Part shown: piece after piece, positions 58,501 through 62,289 of the stretch
Layout: each line of letters starts with the position of its first letter
How positions within the stretch are numbered: position 1 is the stretch's first letter
Virus record (IMG/VR): IMGVR_UViG_3300031953_000007
Coordinates: 1-62,289 of that record
Strand: one strand, 5' to 3'
DNA from: a virus
Taxonomy: Duplodnaviria > Caudoviricetes
Length of the DNA: 62,289 bases
The notes under the pieces: model-generated
What the model saw: the letters and a program-made list of their open reading frames with translations, nothing else
Database searches by the model: none
Told to the model about the DNA's origin: nothing
Program-made: the position numbers and the translations under genes

Positions 58501-60489
58501 GAAGGTGCACTGACCAACCCGAACATCGTAGCCGAGGTCATGGCGGAACGTGGCCAGACCATGGAAGAGAAGATGGAGCAGCACCTCCCGTTCTTGAGAA
58601 AGAGCCGGGACGTAGTGCTGGGCGGCGCGACCGACAGGCTGCGTGATACCGGGCTACCTGCTCTGATCGAGATCGCAGACGCCCTGCACCAAGAAGCTGA
58701 GTTCGAAGACAGCCAGTTGCCGTTCCTGCAGCGCCGGTTCATGCGCGAAGGCCAGTGGTCCAACCGCATGGAGAATATCTTCGACGGCTCCACGACTGCT
58801 CAGCGCAAGACGGCTATTAAGAACTTTCAGTCGATGACACCGGTGACTGAAGCTTCAAGCCAGATCGAAAAGGATCTGGAGCAGTTCTTTATAGAGATTC
58901 GCAAGTACATGATCGACTCAGGCGTGATGAACAAGAACAAGGACGGTGCATGGGTGCCTATGGGTGAAGTGAAGAACTACTTCCCTCGGGTGTTCGACCG
59001 CTCAGCGATTCTTAACGACCGCGAAGGTTTCCGCCAGTTGCTGATCCGTGACAACGTCTGGCCCCGCGAGGCAGATGCAATCATCCGTGCGTTGACTCAA
59101 GGCGATGGGCGCTTGGAGCTGGCTGAAAACGAGCACCATCTAGGCTTCACACCCTTTGCTGCTTCGGTGCAGAACCGCCAGTTGACGTTCATCAAAGAAG
59201 ACAACGCCGCTGACTACGCCAAGTACCAGTCTCAGGACATGGCCGATATTATGATGGGCTATGTTAAGCAGGCAGTCCATCGTGCTGAGTACGCCAAGGA
59301 CTTCGGCAATGACGGTAAGTGGATTTCTGACAAGCTGGCCGAAGCTGGGCGCCAAGGGGCTACCGCCGAGGAACTGAAAGCAGCCAACAAACAGGTTCAG
59401 GCTCTTGAGGGTACGCTTGGCCACGACATGAACCCGCGCATGAAAGAATACATGTCCATGGCGATGACCTACCAGAACGTGATCCTGTTGCCGCTGGCGA
59501 TATTCTCACAGATGGTAGACAGCCTCGGACTTGGCGTGCGCACCGGCAGCTTGAAAGAAGCAGGCTCAGGATACACGCGTGCGCTGAAAGACTTGAAGCG
59601 GGCCATTACCCGGGACAAGACCTACGACTACGACCGCGAGCTGGCTGAGATGTTGGGTGTTATCAGCAAGGACAACATGCTGGAAGCCATGGGTCAGACC
59701 TACGGCAGCATGTATATGTCCCGTAGTGCGCGGAACATCAACCGGGCGTTCTTCAAATACAACGGCATGCAGGGCTGGAACAATTCCATGCGCATAGCGG
59801 CTACGGTCGCCGGCGAGCGCTACATGCTGCAGCACACAGCGGACAGCCGCCGGATGGAAGAGCTCGGCGTGAAGCCCGTGGACATTAAGCCCGGACCTGA
59901 TGGCCGGCTGGCTATTACAGCCGACCAGTTTGTGGAACGCGGCATGACCCGGGCCAAAGCCGAGCAGTCCTCCGAGCGGGTGCAGCAGGCGCTGTTCAAG
60001 TTCGTAGACGGCGCGGTCATCCGTCCTAACGCTGCGCACCGGGCAGTATGGATGAGTGACCCGCGCTTCATGCTGATCGCCCACTTGAAGCAGTTCGCCT
60101 TCTCGTTCCAGAGTGTGATTCTGCGTCGCGCCACACACGAATCCGAGAACGAGAACATCAAGCCCATGCTCATGCTGGGCATGTACGTGCCGGTGATGTT
60201 TGCAGCGGACATGGCTAAGTGGACTCTGACCGGCTCGGTACCACCAGACTGGACTTTTTACGATCACTTCATGCACTCGGTGACACGCTCTGGGCTCTTG
60301 GGTAAGAGCGAGTTCTACAACGAAGCGTTTGGTGACGCAGCACGCGGTAACATTCCGGGGCAGTCGTTTGTTCTAGGCCCCACCGGCGAACATGCCGCGG
60401 AACTGATGAACTTTGCTGCCGGCGACCCTCGCATAGATACCGAGGACGTGTTCGACCGGTCAGTCCCCGGCGCGAGGTACTTCGAATAA
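52534..60489 (+). CDS. Giant (2651 aa) polyvalent internal virion protein with LPD23-like region and two HExxH motifs
   Basis: GWF.GPDGKMR.E.DD, HEFQH.IQ..EGF..GG, Y....GE.EAR.V..R, WHESLH, NYFPR. Confidence 0.75.
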   Translation: MAQRRESRLSGLRTGGNRLAGLSATEVLTPEERYDVQNPNDNQFFKGLRTASANISTGALRNEQLDAELSGDTEAEDIARRGAERIERDRGMYAPRVNSLRDINNAGDAGDYVASSFGQGLGSMAPSVAAALATRGLVKSPLATFTSAGAASYPQVRGEVVSEQYNDPILAAASAEDRDTIATRVGLAGSALEAVVPTALSRTLLRGPAGEGIRGTARTAGRNLVTEGSTETAQTEAQFLGARALDSTRERDPMAYADAFAAGAITGGGTSVGASAVRPTLGAARDVAGAVARPIADGLGALSSRKGPTRPNDTGPVDVSGDPTQEAPTAEDSVFYEAKPEDLADEIMAGDSDPSLVGATREETAANMDASEERRVLGAQRLKNEILARTDIPENVKAQIRESGSVTDPAVQKRIAETYRKANALRDLGDALPDEDATVADFTEMKDGGVKRKNLQNMQTTKMPQLVNTLARALGPQADQAPKIARQLTALAARLDQSSLDADTVEALTRTRDALGGLDTTGAIQEVLSASLPALAKGMEAIQAIPSALSDVRGSEGQSFLESMMPRRLPRSVTNTVARFIDDNAAGYPNMEGGRRDRVLNTMTQAFGSPERAEIVMDYYGELRRQSAKDEADRAMNDGEEAIATQDDQTIRGEPVTEGTLQEGMDSDYEGLDPGYDEGDAEPDAVESRDVEAENQGIQQTTEDILNRPEYVFQKGDEPFRAFEGSELSNKRVQSIASAEASKRRGTEVADTQTITMNQYVEETGGSPETEYQKISKRLDDRISSLAGRSNLSKIDRDRLNERRGERALIDKLYEEGGAAAVLEQFQVIKVQNASPDDSRASDAELGSMRTMLNREPNIKELTRRLNTALRENRISQQEVDKQLGEAVERRDKIRQTRITFEMADGTTTPLSAESMWKTIAAKTESRQNEREDVRLRRLFHEAVALVLNRPDVVGIKKTTEKQVRRSENPNTPPNTAPEQIIRELPRVRLQVDGKLFNRPEPNPSYRAQVRETLENGRFSLSQLKATMDDLVDQYWAADDKVREAPTSNVDVPPIDPENPTVEGPTRKTVLLPSGKNFDKYDSRKEEIKGELDERIDKTQRLLDNAMVESKRRSAGFEENMSPAEKSAEAKRKAKAQADNPLIDNIPSQAYNRERLRLMRDARNAMKEADDVETVLNLLDDRLEVGDPDSKVPDTKPVNNGTPQDLNKQGRDRYETGNHLFEQDPKKNQRTRKGVQDEINKVEKSLERTEDPAKRQSMLDTHTDLLNELYSIPKQAEPVGQPASKLNRERVKPGAMGVESGLDVLRAVRGNRPVKTQEPYLQRIVANKGYREIAPGLWAPPEDSGTDIKPAMRMLSDKSLEALYNVAVEGNLARLDSANKKAAFDAMSDVAKEMLGAIPEAGRTEKQAELLSALNKTARQVSNGGKRIVRNTFIGEVADPEGAKKAIEALNAGIEAGMVWNQHGWFNGPDGKMRREFDDASIADALKAVLKRTNGPDARALEESLYSNGEQTDPTVDQLVATGTIPLTVILDGIGSQELANVFGYTLGSLSDTGASNSIDDFGAIMISPFREEADAEKMQHAGSFNNSTKILEVNPAASAMSELPDNVVNEIINNATGANPSANAKKFTLFLKGESSLTQIEAVELLAKMATEAGYKTSTYNLFVDGVTSTFLHEFQHAIQAAEGFDGGGNPLSGLILRYTDYTLDDMLADDANMSSMQAEAFSNARRAGGPDADIEKLAFEAYQDLVGEIEARDVEERKNMTSGERKAALPELMTREDFVRSPISINNQARISEFVRSFKKSNMNPRRGRPRNWSQAEKQELIDEIRRIRGEDVRVSFETFAEIGASGEFSMDEDHQNRLIRLAVNAGDMKSVAWHESLHDFFHNMGTSPEARKLKASLLASSNRPVIKAELRKLLAKHPNALKQIEGRSPEASEERLAYMFQFWAEGKLDIDTVGENIFQRLAQLIRELMGTVSADQKVAMVMAALHEGALTNPNIVAEVMAERGQTMEEKMEQHLPFLRKSRDVVLGGATDRLRDTGLPALIEIADALHQEAEFEDSQLPFLQRRFMREGQWSNRMENIFDGSTTAQRKTAIKNFQSMTPVTEASSQIEKDLEQFFIEIRKYMIDSGVMNKNKDGAWVPMGEVKNYFPRVFDRSAILNDREGFRQLLIRDNVWPREADAIIRALTQGDGRLELAENEHHLGFTPFAASVQNRQLTFIKEDNAADYAKYQSQDMADIMMGYVKQAVHRAEYAKDFGNDGKWISDKLAEAGRQGATAEELKAANKQVQALEGTLGHDMNPRMKEYMSMAMTYQNVILLPLAIFSQMVDSLGLGVRTGSLKEAGSGYTRALKDLKRAITRDKTYDYDRELAEMLGVISKDNMLEAMGQTYGSMYMSRSARNINRAFFKYNGMQGWNNSMRIAATVAGERYMLQHTADSRRMEELGVKPVDIKPGPDGRLAITADQFVERGMTRAKAEQSSERVQQALFKFVDGAVIRPNAAHRAVWMSDPRFMLIAHLKQFAFSFQSVILRRATHESENENIKPMLMLGMYVPVMFAADMAKWTLTGSVPPDWTFYDHFMHSVTRSGLLGKSEFYNEAFGDAARGNIPGQSFVLGPTGEHAAELMNFAAGDPRIDTEDVFDRSVPGARYFE

Positions 60490-60495
60490 AACAAA

Positions 60496-60504
60496 TGGTA
60501 TAGT
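60496..60504 (+). promoter_or_regulatory. Extended -10 promoter candidate
   Basis: TG-G-TATAGT about 35 nt before the lipoprotein gene. Confidence 0.4.
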
Positions 60505-60538
60505 ACGCAGGCAAAACCCACTGTACGGAGAGCACAAG

Positions 60539-60874
60539 ATGAGAGCACTTTCGGTATTTAGCATATTCATGTTGGCGCTGACAATCGCCGCCTGCGCCGC
60601 TGCTCCACAGACACCCAAGCAAACCATGGCGGCAACCTACGTGGCGATTGAAACACTGGCGGACACCGCCCTGCTGGCGTTTGAGTCCGGCGACATTGAC
60701 CGAGACACCACGACACGTATCTACAAGAAGCTGCAGGAGGCGAAAACCTACGTCGACCTGAGCGCTGTGCTGGAAGGTAGCACCCTGACAGACGGGGACC
60801 GATCCCGCTTGGAGCTGGTGCGCGACCTGCTTGTAGAAGTGGAAGCCATGATTAGGGAGAACGCTAATGAGTAG
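60539..60874 (+). CDS. Lipoprotein (possible lysis accessory)
   Basis: Signal peptide with lipobox IAAC. Confidence 0.65.
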   Translation: MRALSVFSIFMLALTIAACAAAPQTPKQTMAATYVAIETLADTALLAFESGDIDRDTTTRIYKKLQEAKTYVDLSAVLEGSTLTDGDRSRLELVRDLLVEVEAMIRENANE

Positions 60875-61067
60875 CACCGTAACGACTTTAATGGTCCTCT
60901 CGCAGGCGGTCACCCTGCTGAACGCTGCGGTATTATTGGCAGGCAACAGCGAAAAGTACCGCGCACTGGTGGCCAATGCCGTGGCCGAGGGTCGGGACAT
61001 CACCGAGGGGGAGCTGGAGCGGCTCAGCGTCGACGCCCAGTCCGCTATCGACAAGCTGGCCCCGTGA
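60867..61067 (+). CDS. Small hypothetical protein
   Basis: Overlaps the lipoprotein stop; EGRDIT..EL motif. Confidence 0.55.
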   Translation: MSSTVTTLMVLSQAVTLLNAAVLLAGNSEKYRALVANAVAEGRDITEGELERLSVDAQSAIDKLAP

Positions 61068-61426
61068 GTAAGTTCAACGCCCTGCATATACAATACTTGG
61101 GTGCGGGCCGGTGGCTAGTCTTGGCGAGATTTGAGTACACACCGGGTGGAGGCCTGCCGGCAGTGCAGGTGCCGAAGGGTTTTGTCACTGACATAGACAG
61201 CGTACCCCGCATTCCGGGGGTCTACGCCCTGTACAAAGGGCACGCGACGTATTCTGCCGTGGTGCACGACTGGCTATATGAGCAGGGTAGGGGCAAAATA
61301 GCAGCTGACCGCACGTTCTTGGCGGCCATGAAGCACGAGGGGCTCCCAATCTGGCGCCGCTGGCCCATATTTCTGGGCGTCGCCATCTTCGGATGGCTCA
61401 TCTACAAGGAGAAATCAGGATGCTGA
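61064..61426 (+). CDS. DUF1353-family protein
   Basis: VPKGFVTD..SVPR...AVVHDWLY...AD..FL.AM...V..FG. Confidence 0.8.
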   Translation: MSKFNALHIQYLGAGRWLVLARFEYTPGGGLPAVQVPKGFVTDIDSVPRIPGVYALYKGHATYSAVVHDWLYEQGRGKIAADRTFLAAMKHEGLPIWRRWPIFLGVAIFGWLIYKEKSGC

Positions 61427-61860
61427 AGCAACTACTGGCTATGAGCCTACTACTGGCGCTGTCTACCGCGGCTTTTGGAGGCGAGGCGCCTGCCAATCTG
61501 AGTTGGGTAGCCCCAGATACCCGAGAAGACGGCACTCCGCTGACGCTGGAAGAAATAAAAGAGTATCTGATTTATTACACTATCGACGGGCAGACGCCGG
61601 GTGACGGCTCCCCCATTGTCGTGAATGGCACGTTAGGTAGCCAAACGGTAACACTGGATCTGTTGCCTCGGGCCGCTCCGTATGTTGTAGGGTTTGCTAT
61701 ATCCACCGTGGATATGGATGGGCTCAAGTCGGTGCGATCTAATGTAGTTAGCAAGACCTTCAACATCGACAGCACAGCGAAACCTTCTGCACCGACTGAC
61801 ATTCAGTTTACGATTATCTGTGGTGCAGGCTGCACGATCACTGAAAAAGTAGGGCAGTGA
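61420..61860 (+). CDS. Secreted fibronectin type III-like protein
   Basis: Signal peptide; LSW.AP..REDGTPL...I..Y.IYY...F.I..VD..GL.S..S. Confidence 0.65.
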   Translation: MLKQLLAMSLLLALSTAAFGGEAPANLSWVAPDTREDGTPLTLEEIKEYLIYYTIDGQTPGDGSPIVVNGTLGSQTVTLDLLPRAAPYVVGFAISTVDMDGLKSVRSNVVSKTFNIDSTAKPSAPTDIQFTIICGAGCTITEKVGQ

Positions 61861-62159
61861 CATTGGTCAAATACTATCTTGTGCCAGTCATTGAAGACCC
61901 AGAGCTGGGCGGCAAGATTCCAGACACCGCTGCGACATCGTGGACGGCTCGCTACCTGTCCGACACGGTTTGCCTGATTCGTGATCCAGACGGCTCACAG
62001 AATTACCCGCCGTTGCTGGACAGCACACCGGTAGGGACTTTACCCCTAGAAGTGCAGCCAACCATGACACCCGACGAGATAGATATTGTGTACGCAAAGT
62101 GGGGCATAGAGCCTATGTCGTTATGGAGCATGTTGGATGACCGAGTGGGGGGCGTCTAA
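61857..62159 (+). CDS. Hypothetical protein
   Basis: GTGA coupling. Confidence 0.5.
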   Translation: MTLVKYYLVPVIEDPELGGKIPDTAATSWTARYLSDTVCLIRDPDGSQNYPPLLDSTPVGTLPLEVQPTMTPDEIDIVYAKWGIEPMSLWSMLDDRVGGV

Positions 62160-62289
62160 TGGCTCAGTTCTTTGAAGACTTCCGAGGTAAGACCCTCGAC
62201 TCCACTCCACCGGAGTTTTCCGTTGCTTGGGAAGGGCCGCTCAGTCTGCTCGTAAAGGCAGGGAACCCGCTTGCCGGAAGCGCCAATCA
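62159..62289 (+). CDS. 3'-truncated CDS
   Basis: TAATG coupling; frame open to the window end (MAQFFEDFRG...). Confidence 0.5.
   Translation, partial: MAQFFEDFRGKTLDSTPPEFSVAWEGPLSLLVKAGNPLAGSAN

Noticed and set aside
57762-61093. Long antisense ORFs (343, 236 and 274 aa)
   Set aside because: Typical antisense shadows of GC-biased coding sequence, with no motifs
62159-62289. Direct circular join of the window end to base 1
   Set aside because: The terminal partial ORF does not resemble the missing N-terminus of the base-1 protein family and no terminal overlap is visible; sequence is probably missing

Overview
Most of a tailed (probably podovirus-like) dsDNA phage genome, truncated at both window ends, with two divergent arms meeting at about 29.7-30.0 kb. 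The minus-strand arm (about 0.8-29.6 kb) holds early and replication genes: many small or membrane proteins, a primase-helicase, a MoxR AAA+/VWA module, a Cas4-like nuclease, an SNF2 helicase, a family A DNA polymerase, a mini-DnaJ, a dNMP kinase, an exoribonuclease, a VRR-NUC nuclease and a GP88-like protein. The plus-strand arm (30.1-62.3 kb, plus 1-598) holds TerS, TerL, portal, scaffold, major capsid, adaptor, an M23 lysin, tail proteins, a glycosyltransferase, a 2651-aa polyvalent protein and envelope proteins. No integrase, RNA polymerase, tRNA or CRISPR array was seen. Main highlights: (1) the TerL intein has no in-frame endonuclease, but an intact Endonuclease VII/HNH gene with its own RBS lies in another frame inside it; (2) a 68-aa ORF just upstream of TerL looks like a catalytically dead copy of the TerL Walker B segment; (3) two homologous AT-rich iteron elements lie inverted about 25 kb apart; (4) an SD-AUG-UAA minigene sits inside a predicted RNA stem; (5) the M23 lysin closely resembles vertebrate LECT2. 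All product calls come from motif recognition by eye; no database searches were run.
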